Shown here: positions 1-11,673 of the stretch, piece by piece | Layout: each line of letters starts with the position of its first letter | Numbering within the stretch: position 1 is the stretch's first letter | Assembly: GCA_010093995.1 (NCBI GenBank) | Contig: ML992548.1 | Coordinates: 1 to 33,681 of the forward strand | Source of the DNA: Elsinoe ampelina | Taxonomy: Eukaryota | Reading direction: 5' to 3' | Length of the DNA stretch: 33,681 bases | Translations under genes and position numbers: made by a program | The notes under the pieces: generated by a model | The model's input: only the letters and a program-made list of their open reading frames with translations | Databases searched by the model: none | Told to the model about the DNA's origin: nothing

Positions 1-451
1 GAGATTAATTAAGCTAGAGATCTATCTAGTCCTATCTTAGTTATATAGACACTATTAGTAGATATACTAGCTAATAGATTTACTAAATTATTACTACCTA
101 GGAGGTATAAGGCCTTCTTATAATAGCTATCCCTCGAGTTAGTAGTCTACTAAGTAGCTATAATAGAGTTATAGCTACTTAGTAAAGGGGTGTATTAACC
201 GAGGCATAAGCTAGAGCGCTAAGAAGACCCTAATTTAGTTCATTCTAAGGTTAAACTAAACACTATCTTACTATTTTACTAATCTATAATTAAATTAGAT
301 AATTATTGTCTTAATCTGCTACTATTAAGGAGTTCTTTTGATTTAGCTATCTTTTAGTTCATCAGGTTAAGTATTTATGTAGTTACAATCCACCTCAGTT
401 TGGTGGTGTAGGCAGTAATCAATCCTTTTTCCTCCCCTACACAAGTCAACA
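1..451 (+). mobile_element. RIP-degenerate Ty1/Copia LTR retrotransposon, 3' end (RNase H C-terminus, PPT, 3' LTR); truncated by window start
   Basis: AT- and TpA-rich. Frame 1 reads EIN*ARDLSSPILVI*TLLVDILANRFTKLLLPRRYKAFL**LSLE, which after reverting RIP (CpA>TpA, TpG>TpA) gives the Copia RNase H end W.PSADMPADGFTK.LP..RH.AF.QQL. Polypurine tract AAAGGGG at 184-190; ends GTCAACA at 451. Aligns in reverse complement with 32667-33104. Confidence 0.85.
193..451 (+). repeat. 3' LTR (~259 bp) of left Copia element
   Basis: Starts TATTAACC (RIP form of TGTCAACC in the right copy) 2 nt after the PPT and ends ...CAAGTCAACA, where similarity to the right copy stops abruptly. Confidence 0.75.
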
Positions 452-1386
452 CAAATCCCATCAGTCGGCCGCGGAAATGCCGGTCCTTCGGGCCTCGGTC
501 CATGAAATTAGGGCCTTGCAGGGCAGACTATCGTTAAAACGAACATACGCACAAATGCCCTCCTTGTCCTCCTCCATCAACATCATTTCCCGACAACATC
601 GCGGTATTGTGGGCGATAATTGTAAGTCTACCACTACCAGACGTCCGTTCCTTCTTCCTGGTTTGAATTGATCTAGAAGCTATGGACTGGCGAGGCACTG
701 TCCCGAAATTTCCGCTGGGTCTTCAAGGCATGAGGGCAGACCAGGTGCTGATTAAGACATCTATGAAGAAGTGCGGATGCGTGGATGGGTGGATGCGAGG
801 CGGAGTGAGCCAGAGAGACAATGTCCAGCCCTTTTCGACGGGATCCTGCTCGTATCAGACATGTTGTAGCCAGTTGAATGGTCAATGAACATTTGCTCGC
901 TAGCTGCGTCAGTTCGTCCTTCTGATCTGGCTCAAGAGAGCAAGCGTGTCTGTGAGTCCTGGTAAAAGAGCTCGCCACAAACCTATCCCTCAATCATACG
1001 TCACCTAATTCGCATTGCCTCTGTCCTTACCTTGTTGTATCCGAGACTGTTACACTTTCAGACTTGTTCTGCCCTGCCCTGGGTACATGAGGTTGACAGC
1101 CGTGCTTAGGGCAGCCAGAGCCTCCCGATCCTGGACTATTTCGAGAAGCAGAACCAGAAGTGATTTCGTATAGATTACTTAAGCAGCACTGATTGACTCT
1201 CCGGGAGCTGTTTCCCGCTGGGACAGTGGTGTCCTCTGTGGGCGTAATCTCACTTCTAATCTCTTCGAAACATACCGAAGTAGCGTCCCAGGACGTCGTC
1301 CATGCTCTGCCGGGCATTCTCCTACCTACCACGATCGTGCCTGCATCACAATATCCAATCGCTCTTTCTCTTCACTTCCTCCACCA

Positions 1387-2757
1387 CTACAATTTCCCCT
1401 CCTTCAATATAGCCCCCAGCTCCTCCGCCACCGCATCACCAACCTCCTTCGTCTTCGCCGACCCACCAATATCCCCCGTCCGAATACCCTTGTCAATCGT
1501 CCTCTTTACCGCCTCGTCCACCGCCTTGGCCAATTTCGGCTCATTCAGACTGTACTTCAACATCATGCCCACACTGAGTATCATCGCGACTGGATTCACA
1601 ATGCCCTTGCCGCTGATATCCGGCGCCGACCCATGGATGGGCTCATAGATACCATTTACCCGTCTCTTGCCATCTGGGATGTCACCCAAACTTGCCGAGG
1701 GGAGGAGACCCAGCGAGCCAGGGATCACGCTTGCTTCGTCGCTGATGATGTCGCCGAAGAGGTTGCTGGTGACGACGATACCATTCAAGGCTCGTGGGTT
1801 CTTAACCATTAACATAGCCGCCGAGTCGACCAGGTGATGACCGAGCTTGAGTTGAGGAAACTCCTTCTCCATGACTTCCGTGACTGTCTTGCGCCATAAC
1901 CGTCCCGCGGCGGCCAAGACGTTTGCTTTATCCAGACTCCAGACGGGGAGTGGAGGGTCTTCTGCCAGAGCAAGGTGGGCGGCTAGACGGGTAACGCGCT
2001 CAATCTCGGCTCTGCTGTAGGGTTCCGTGTCCATTGCATAACCTGATCCGTCATCTTCTTTGCGTTCGCCAAAGTAGATACCACCAGTCAGTTCTCGGAT
2101 GATGTTGAAGTTTGTGCCGCGGGCGACTTCTGCTTTGAGAGGGGAGCAGTCGAGGAGGGAGTCGGAGGCGAAGAAGCAGGGGCGGAGGTTGCCAAATGTT
2201 TGGAGCTCTTTGCGGAGCTTAAGGAGACCTTGTTCTGGACGGACTGCGCCGGTACCCCATTTCTGTGTCCGAGTGAGCAGGAGGTTGAGCAAAACCATGG
2301 GGCCTTGCGCATACCGGTCCACCGATTGCGCCTAGCAGAATGGCGTCGGCGTTCTTTGCTGCATTGAGAGCCTCGTCGGTCAACGGCGAGCCGGTGGCAT
2401 CTATCGAGGCCTAAAGATGATCAGACTTGTCTACCCTTGTCGAGGCTGGTAGTGCTCACTCCTCCCAACAGCTGGTCCTGGAAGTTGAATTTGACATCCT
2501 TGCTCTCCTTCTCGATGACTTTGAGTATCTAGCAGTCGGGTAAGCCAATGCACATCTGGTACGGGAGACGGTTGTGCTCATACTTTGATTCCTTCCTCGA
2601 TCACCTTGGGTCAAGATTAGCTTCTAGTTCCTCGACTGTGGTTCTCTCGACCGACCTCAGGACCGCAATGGTCACCTGTAGATTCAGTCAGGTTCCACCC
2701 ATATCAATGCCAATGCATTTCCATACCTGCAAATACGACAATGTTGAAGGTAGGCAT
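1387..2757 (-). CDS. LEU2: 3-isopropylmalate dehydrogenase; 6 exons: 2757-2727, 2675-2656, 2604-2584, 2528-2460, 2410-2315, 2262-1387
   Basis: Spliced N-terminus [29 protein letters not shown]...GAIGGPKWG; motifs [39 protein letters not shown]. All 5 introns GT-AG and frame-consistent. Confidence 0.96.
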
Positions 2758-3558
2758 ATTCAATCTAGCTGTAAGAGTGAGCAATGGAAGAAGAGAAGCG
2801 AATTAAGCAATTCAGTCCAAGATGTTTCTTTGGTGGTGGATTTTGGCGGGGTAAATTTGGAGCAAAGTGAACGTCAGATCCGCCGATGCCGCTCCGATAT
2901 CGTCCGGGAAAGCTCCTGTTGCACTCGCTGTGACACCGACTCTCACTGGTAGGGCTGCAGGTGGCACGGGAATACCTTAACCTTCAAGCTTGAACGTGAT
3001 ATGAGATCCTCCAGTTCCTGAGCACTACCGCATCAAGCCATGTTGATACTTTGCAAAGAAGTATGGACGCTAGAGCATGCTTTGATATGTTTTGATTTGT
3101 CCATGCTATATCTGGTATTTGACTGAAGACACAGGGAGAGTGAGCCATAACTGGCTTGCTAACAATGTCGGATATTTTGGGTATGATGTAGATGATGGTC
3201 TAGGGGGGAAAAGCCTCGTAGTGTGGGCAGGAAGACATTGTGATGTGAACAGGTTTCTTCCATACCCACATGACGCCGGAACAGTGCAACTAAATCATGT
3301 CTGCTCATCCCTCGATATCGATCATTCTGCCGCGCCTGATTGCATTTATCGTAGTCGGACCGCCTGCATCGAGGGAACGGTGTGGGCAAGAGTGCAGTGT
3401 TGACATCAAGAGGTCCAAAGCATCGCATGAGAATGGGATCAAACCAATGTTCAACGAGATGGGTATTGTCGTCTTTTTGCGCGGCCGTGTCGAGCGCGTT
3501 CGTAAGTCGTGAGCTTGTAGAGTCGAATGCAGCAGAGTGAACAGTGTCTGTACCGTGC

Positions 3559-6072
3559 TCACCTAAACCTCGCTGAGCACCGTCCCATGACCTCGCCCTG
3601 GCAGACGAGTTCGGCATTGAATTCGGATCCGTCTAGAGTGAGGTAGATGTCGAAGTAGACTCGGTAGAAAGTGCCTTGTGGGGTGTCCATGCGTTCAAAG
3701 TCCTTTTCTAGGTTCTTCCTGCTCAGGTCCGAGGTAAGAGTAACGACTTCCTTTATGCCTGCATCGCTGTCAGTTTCGCTCTTCCGTTGCTGTACAATTG
3801 ACTTACGTGGATCTTTAGTGTACTCGGGGCAAACATCTTCGTCGCATGCGTACAGCACGTCCTCGTACATGAGGGTGGCACCAGGAGCGACCTGCCTAAA
3901 GAAGCTAACCTTGACAGGCTCGCCAATCTTGACGCGCTGACCCTTCTGAACAAAGATTTGTCTCGTGTACTTGCATCGGTCTTTTCCGTCCAAAGAAGGC
4001 ACGCGGTATTGCTCGGGGTGATGTCCCTCCTTGAATGGCTGAAGTGTTGCCATGAGGTAGTGTCTTCTCGCAACACGAGACGTGATGACTCGCTCGGTGA
4101 TACCAGCGGTGACGGCGCCCTTGACGATGGCGGCCACAGAGTCCATTGGGCGAACGACCTTGGTTTGGAATTGCGGCGGAACGTGGAGCTTGATCTGCTG
4201 GAAGAGATATTCTGACGAACCGAAGCCACCGACAACCAGGATGTTCTGAAAAGTGTCAGTGTCCATGTCCCTTGCGCGGTGAGACTGCGACGTACCTGAA
4301 GAAGTCTGTTCTGAGCCTGAATGGCAATGATCTGATTTCTAACCAGCTCCAAGATGCGGTTGACTACCGGCTCAAAGCACTGCAAGATCTCCTCATTGGT
4401 GAAAGTCATGTAACCTTCCTCAATGCCGGCCTCGGGGAATTCCGCCTCGATGCCAACATCGACAGCCCACTTCTGCCCGTTGTTTCGGAAATCAGCCTTG
4501 ATTCTGTTCTCAAAGTCCATGATGCACTTGGCGTAGACACGGCCGGCAGTCTTGGATCCATCTGGGAGCTTCATCTTTCTGATCTTTGCTCGCAGGATAT
4601 TGGAGAAGTTGCGATTGAGTGCTGTTGAACCGCAGGAGTCACCGGAACCAGCCGTGCATTCGGCGACGGTAAAGGGCTGCTCCTCTTCGACCTCATACGC
4701 GATCAGATCGACAGTACCACCGCCACAGTCGACAATGAGGACGGCATCATGGATCTTAAGGTTCAGGAGACCAGTCTTGCTGCAGAACATGGCAGCAGCT
4801 TCTGGTTCTGTGATCAAGGTCAATCGGTTGTCATTCTCATCGCGAAGAAATCCAGCTTGAATCGCCGCAGCACGGGTCGCGGCTTTGCCAGCATCGTTCC
4901 AAATGGCCGGAACAGTCAAGAAATATCTGATGTTGCGCTCTTCACGGGTGAAAACCTCACCCAAGGTCTTCTGGAGGTAGTTGCGCATGGCCTGACGGAG
5001 CTTGAAAAGATAGTCGGCGGCCACATCGATCTCGGACTTTCCTGGAGGAAGGGGTGGCAGGTTGATAGGGTCGATGTATGTGTTACCGCTCATCATCAAT
5101 TGCAGCTTGAACCATTCCACCTTTTGCACACCAGGCTTGGGATAGCCAGTTGGTGCGAGGGCATCGGCAATGTCGGGACCCCAACCGACGACTTGTTGGT
5201 GCTGGTCATAGTAGAGGACAGTGGGAATCTATAACCGTCAATTTCTGCGGGGAGGTATCATGTCTTGTTGGACTGACTTTTTGTTTCGTTTGTGTTCCTG
5301 CACCTGGCCATTCTACAATGATATCTTCTTTTGCTTCCGTATTGGTCGCGAACGCGAATGCTACACCGGAGAATGTAGTGCCCTGGTCTCGGTTAGTGAT
5401 TGCAAAGTGACTCGTCAGTGTCGTGCTTACAAAGTCAATTCCGACAATCAGCTGAGCTTTGCTCCTGTTGCTACCCTCGACTTCTGCCAGTCTGCCATAC
5501 GGTGCAGCCTGCGGTTGTTGATGAACGGCTTGCGGTGCGTAGCCATACGGACCCTGTCCCGGCACTGGATACCCCGGCGGGCCTTGCGCAGGCGGCTGTC
5601 CGTACATTTGCCCTTGATTTGGATGAGCATAGCCTGATGTGTTGATAGGAGGAGGAGCCATTGGAGATCCTGTCCGATTTTGCATGTACTGAGGAGTGTT
5701 TGTTGCGCCTTGTGCGTGTTGATAGGAGGGAGGTCGACCGAGAGGCTGCTGAGGGTTGTGCTGGCCAGGGTTCATAGCTGGTGGGGTGTTTGCTGACGCG
5801 GCGACAGCAGCAGCAGCAGCAGCAGCAGCAGCGGCTGCGCCTGGTGGAGGAGGGGGGGGAGTGGCGGGCGGTGCTTGTGTAGGAGTCGTCTGCTGCGATG
5901 CTGTAGAATTTGTCCTGGCCGAATCGATCGAATTGGTGGTGGGTTGTGTACCGTTTGTTGGAGGGGTGGAAAGCGAGTGGGTGGAAGGGTTGTTCACAGA
6001 AGCGATTGTGGAATTTGAAGATTTTCGCTTTGAACCGACGAAATTCTTGAAGCGCTGGTTCATAGAAGACAT
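3559..6072 (-). CDS. Fungal Hsp70-like (HSPA12-type actin-like ATPase) protein with Pro/Gln/Ala-rich N-terminal extension; 5 exons: 6072-5431, 5382-5278, 5228-4296, 4245-3807, 3758-3559
   Basis: Motifs VGIDFGTTFSG, TVPAIW, EPEAAA, DCGGGTVD, VVGGFGSSEYL. Introns GT-AG restore one frame. The final codon could be split by a further intron (AG|GTGAGC at ~3562). Confidence 0.92.
5805..5831 (+). repeat. (CAG)9 microsatellite encoding poly-Ala on the minus strand
   Basis: Nine perfect CAG units within exon 1 of the Hsp70-like gene (GAAAAAAAAAAAV). Confidence 0.9.
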
Positions 6073-7668
6073 GAATGCATTCAGGAGGTGAGAATGGGCC
6101 CTAGAAAGGGAATGCGAGTGGTAAGGGAGAGAGATGGATTAGCAGGCCGTGCTCTGGTGAGGGAGAAGACCTGAGACCAGTGCGCTTTGGGCTATAACCA
6201 GACCGACACAGGGCGGACCACGACCCGGTTGGGAAACTCGGGGGGCCAAGCGACTTGTCGACGAGGGCTGATTGGGCCGTCGTTCCTCAGCCGCACCACG
6301 CTTGCGACCTGAAGGTAATGTTTGCGCGAAGATGGGATGCCTTGTTGTGTCAGTGTCAGCGGGAAGGTGGGAAAAGAAAGAAGAAGAAGAAGAAGGACAA
6401 GATGACGGCCGACGACAGACGACGGATGAGCTTGAGGCAGAGCAATTGAGAGTCCCCATCCAAGGATCTCGTGTGTTCTGAATTGATCCGAACTGTGGGA
6501 ATTGGGCTAGTTTCGCAGCCTCACAGACGCCCCAAAAGAGCCATCTTTTGGTCCTAAAAAGCAACAGCGTCCGTCGGACACGCCGTCGAGCGAGACGCAT
6601 GCAGTAGCGGTGTATTTTTCTTTTCTCTACTATCATCAATGTTCCAGTGGTATTATTGCATACAACATCGCCTTCCCTGTGTCTCCGTTCTGCATATCGT
6701 ATCGCAAAACAGTTGCTCAATCGGCCAGCCTCGGAGCCATCGGTCAGGGAGTCTCTGCTGACCTTCACGGCAGCTCGACAGTGGCTCAAACAGCGGGCTT
6801 GTCCGTCCCTGTCCGTCTTCGACTAGCTCGCTCTTGACTCTTTTTTAACCTCCGCCCTTCCAGGTTGATCGTCCACCATCACGCCTGGAGTAGATCCCCG
6901 CCGACCATTTATAGAAACCAACATCTCGGGTGCGCCATGTGATATTGACGACTTGATGCAGCAGTAAATCATGACCCTCCGAGGCAAGTACGCAATGATG
7001 CAGCATGTGCTTACATACTTTTTCGACACCCTGCTGCAGGACAGGGACAACGGAAAGGATTGATGATCGCAGCCCGTGCTCATCTACCTTCTGTTGCATC
7101 TGAACAGATCCTACCAATTTCCATCTTCTCTCTGTCGTCCGATCGCCTCGCTGTTTCCCCTGCTGTTCAGCCAGCCATTTGTGACCCTCCCCATCGTCCC
7201 CGACATGACTTGGGTTCGGTGCCTTTGCCCCCACGTGGCTGCCATTGAAAATTCCACGTCCGCAAAGTGCAGATCTGTCAGCACTGCAGTACAACAGGCA
7301 GGCCATGCGATCGGACATGCGACATGCTTTGTTGAGACCCTTGAGTCCCTGCAATTCATCTTCATTTGCCTGTCGTCTATGTACTGGCAGCCATCTATCG
7401 TGGCACATATCCCCCCAATCTCTACACTTTCTGTTCCGTGCGACACACCTTCTCAGTCCCGCACTGCTGATCGTTTGCGAAATCACTTCTCGCGAAGCAC
7501 CATCGCGCATATTTTCTGTGCTATCAAGGTCACCTTGCTCACCTACCTTGAAGTGTCCCACAAGGCCGCTTTCGTGGTCTCTTGCGCTTGATACAGCCGG
7601 GAGCTGTCGCTGTGCTCTTCGTCGTGTCCGAGAAACTAAGTCTTGTCCATTACACGATGCCGTTGACA

Positions 7669-9627
7669 TCAAGTGGCCGGGGTCGCGCCGTTTCTTGCCG
7701 CAGCATTGTTCGACTGCTTACGCTTGACGTTCTGCGGCGCATCCTGATACATGAAATTAGCGTCCCAAATGGCGCTGTGAAGCCTCGAGAGGTTGCACAT
7801 CACACGTACATCGAGCTCGGCGTCGGCGGTGGTTCGCTTCTTGCCGTTGGTTTCTGCGGCATTCTTCTTGACCTTCTTGACCTTGGTGGGTTTGACTTCC
7901 CCAGGCTCAAATACATCTCTGGGAAGATCGTAGCTGAAACATCAGTGTTTGGTCCACGAACACGTGCAGCGGGGTACTCACTTGCGAACATGGACGCATC
8001 TGATCGAGTTGAGCTTCTCGTCATATTGCAACCAGTCTGTACATTGTCGCTTGAATTCCGCAACTGGCCAGGATATGTCCAGAGACTTGGCATCTTTGGC
8101 GAGTTCGATCCCGATGTAAAACGAAGTCGTGTAGATTGTTGACGTGCCATCGTCGTTTTCTGTGGAGCCATTAGTACCTTCTGGCATCTTCATATTTTCC
8201 GCCCCCTCTGCAGCAGCTGCTTGGATGACGCTATTGGCCTGATCTGTCGTCTCGGTCTGAATATCCTCGACCTGATATTTCAGACTTCCTTGCAGTACCT
8301 CTTCCCTCTCATCGTCATTGTGCACTTTGTGCACTCGGTCGAAACCCTTGTTGTATGGATGCGCAATTTCGACTCCTGCTTGTGATTGCTCTATTCCCGA
8401 AACAAGCCGACGAACTTTGCTCTGCACCAATCCCGACCACATTTGTTGTGCATCCTTAGTCTTGCTAGCGCTTATTATGGTCAAATAGTATTTGTAGTCT
8501 TGGGTGAAAAAAGTGTGCTTCTCGAACAGGTCCTTCCATTGCTTTTGGCCGTTGAAGATCTGTGTGGTAATCTGATCCGCGCGGGCCAATTCCCTGGTCA
8601 TGATGCCCAACGTGGACTGGGAGACGTTGTGTGTAGCGCACATCGAGGGATATGCGGGCGTGATGATGGGCATAAGATGACGAGCATCACCGGGATAGAT
8701 GCGTGGGTTCCATACACGAACTTGAAGAGGTCCGTCCGGTATGTCGCAAAGCAGAATGGGCTGGGGCCACCGCCATCCCTTCATCAGGTGAAAGAATCGT
8801 GCCACGATGAGCGATCCTGAGGCGTTGGGATAAAGCTGGCATACTCTCGCTACCATCATCGCCCACGCGACTCCACCAAGGAAACCATAGACATTTGCAT
8901 ATATTCCTCTCTTTTGCGCCCATAGTTTTATTGTACGCAAAGCATGGCGGAATGTCTTTGTCTGAGGTACCAGTTCCAGCATCTCGTCCGTGACTCGCGT
9001 TCCGTTGACACTGCGCAGATCGGTCTCGTCCAAGCCGCGGAGGAGACTGTTGTCCTTGAGATCCAGATTGGAGGACACAGATGACAACTGCAGGCGGGCG
9101 AAGATCAGATCGATACTGATACCGGCATATTCGAGCTTCATGATGGGTACATGTGCGTCAGGGACCGGTGTACATTCTTCAATATCCCCGGCCTTTGAGT
9201 ATTTCTCCAGGGACTTCATAAAGTGCTCGAAGAAGTCCTCTCGGGTCACGAACTTTGGGGCTACGACGAGTGTGTCTATATCGGAGCCTTCGGAAATATT
9301 AGCACAGAATGTTTGATTGTATGGCTATATCTTACCAGGCCCGAAAACACCCAATCGATAACTGCCAAAGGTAAAGACTCTTCCTCCAGCATCATTGACC
9401 ACACTAGCAGCCATGCCTTTGACCTCACCAACATGCTTGACAAAATCAATCGTAGCAGTCTGGAGTATTGAAAGGACTTGAGCGCGACGCTTGGTCTCCT
9501 CTGGTGCCTCGAATGTGTTCTGCGCTCGCAACTCTGCCACCATGGAGTCGTTCAATGCTAGCTCTTTCTCGGACGGGAAACTGGTCGAGATGGGAGCTGT
9601 CACGCCCCATTGTCGATTTTGCGCCAT
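7669..9627 (-). CDS. PAP1: Canonical poly(A) polymerase; 4 exons: 9627-9336, 9287-7982, 7933-7810, 7743-7669
   Basis: Nucleotidyltransferase motif FGSYRLGVFGPGSDIDTL across intron 1; VPDAHVPIMK, IDLIFA, SVNGTRVTD, MPIITPAYPSMCATHNV; basic C-terminal tail ending GATPAT*. Confidence 0.95.
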
Positions 9628-10353
9628 GATCCGCGATTTTCGGTTGATCTGGGATGTCGCCGGTGATGGCAGTGAGGAGCCGCCTTCTGAGATGCGTGGG
9701 TGACTGAGGCTGGAATAAGTGATTGCTGAATCAGCCCTTGAATCACCGCCGGGGGTGCATGCCGTTCCAGAGGTCCATGCGCATCTCGCCCCGATAATCA
9801 GGAAATGAACAAGAGCAGACCGAAGGTGTCCTGTGTCCTGGGCATTGCACGAAGAATGATGATTAGAGTGTGAGCGAAGTCTGGGCGCGTGAAGCTCTCC
9901 ACCTCCCAGTCAGCGGAGACTTGGCATCAACTTCGGCGTAGATCTGCCGCACAACTAACACCGATATCGACAAGACTGCTGTCGTCAACTTTTCACGATT
10001 TGCTCAATCATCCGCGCATGTCCAATGCGCGCCATCGACTGTCATCTCCTGAAGCGGTAGGCTTAGTTACTGACTGGCGGAATGCCTTCCAAGAAGACCT
10101 GCCTGATCACTGCTCGAGCTCATCCGTCCTTTTCTCTTCTGTGACCCCTTTCCATATCAAATATCGCCAGTCCGTCGTGTGCGACGGCTTTTATACGTAG
10201 ACCACTGACATCTTTGGAAAGCGTTCAATGGACATGAAAGGATTATGAGATAGTCCGACGAGCAAATAAGACCATTGCTCAAAGCGAGCTCACTAAACGC
10301 ACAAGGCAATCTACGCGTCCCACATCACTCCGAATTCTCGCCGGATCATGGCT

Positions 10354-11673
10354 CTACACACCATTCACAGTTGATGCCTCGGTGAAAAGTTGTCGGATCT
10401 TATCATCGAGCCATTTCACGTCTTCCTTGCTTTGGCCTGGACCTATATCATGTCAGTCGTCTGCCGATATCTGGATCCCTCGAAGGACATACCTCCGGCC
10501 CAATGGCCCCATACGCTGGGAAAGGGTTCGCATGTGCCGACGCCAGGAGTCATGGCAGCCACCTCAATCTCGGAATCCTCCGGCCTTGTCATTTAGTCTC
10601 TATACACCAGTGCGGTACCGAATGCCACTCACGGGAAATAGAGATCCGTTTTGGAAGGGAGCACCAAAGTTTTCGCTCGGATAGCTCGCATGGCAGCTTC
10701 AAAATCGCCATTATAAGGGTTCTGATCCGAGCAATCACCAGCTTGCCAAGTGTACAGCATCGTCAACAAGTTGTCCGGATCTATCGAGGTGTCAGAGAAG
10801 CGCCGTACGTCATCGCCCTGAGTGATTCAACCTTTTGATAATGCCCAAGCTTCCCAGAAGTTTACAAGAAAGTCGTCAAGATTCTTGTATCCAAGCTCTT
10901 TCTCGTACAGTTTCTGTCGGTAAAACGTTTGGGAGAAACCCCATCCACTATACACCCGCCCGAGGGCTTTGAGACCAGATTCACGTTGGGCGTCGGTCCA
11001 GCTTTTGTGGCGGTCGGGGTATAGCTCTCCAGACGTGATGCCAGCTGATGAACCATTCTTGGCAGCTATCAGAGCACTCTTGACGCCTTCAAGGAACACC
11101 TGATTGTGGAGGGATGTTTTGGCTGAACCGCAGAACGGAATGAGAAGGTCCATGAAGTCTATGGCGATAATCAGCATCCACCAACGATTCGATAGCGACT
11201 CTCGGCTCTCACCTGGATATTGTGTTCCCCATTGATAGCTGCGGTAGGTAAGCAAGTGGACGAGCCACGGGTATAACATCTCACGTTTGACCGGCTCCCA
11301 TGCTCCATCCCAAGACAGCAAACGCGTGGTTGATCTTCAGATGCTGTGTGATCAGCTGATGCTGTGCTCTCACATTGTCGTAGAATAGAATCGTTGGGAA
11401 GGGCCGCAGATTGGGCATGTTCGATGGGCTCGCGCTCTCTCCATTGCCAAAGAGTGCAGTCACGATTATGTAGTATTTGGTCGGATCAAGAGCTTTATCC
11501 TCACCGATCAACCAGTAGTTGTCTTCGAGCTTGCCAGAATACCATGTCGGATAGATGATGGCTGGGTTGGAGGGGTCACCGAAAGTACGATAGGCTATAA
11601 AAGCCAGAGGAAGAATTTCACCTTGCTTCAAGGTGAATTCGCCGAGATTATAGATCGAGTAAGGACTGCTCAT
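10354..11673 (-). CDS. Homoserine O-acetyltransferase-like (MetX-family) alpha/beta hydrolase; 6 exons: 11673-11285, 11238-11213, 11158-10832, 10780-10633, 10584-10493, 10442-10354
   Basis: Nucleophile elbow GWSMG, acid motif TDLYFPPED and His motif WGHWAGG (the last two are missed by the ORF track); splicing gives an uninterrupted frame ending STVNGV*. Substrate unknown. Confidence 0.88.

Noticed and set aside
6139..7672. ORFs 6139-6789, 6845-7672, 7076-7591 between the Hsp70-like gene and PAP1
   Set aside because: No domain-like sequence or coherent codon pattern; better explained as the Hsp70-like promoter/leader and the PAP1 3' region.
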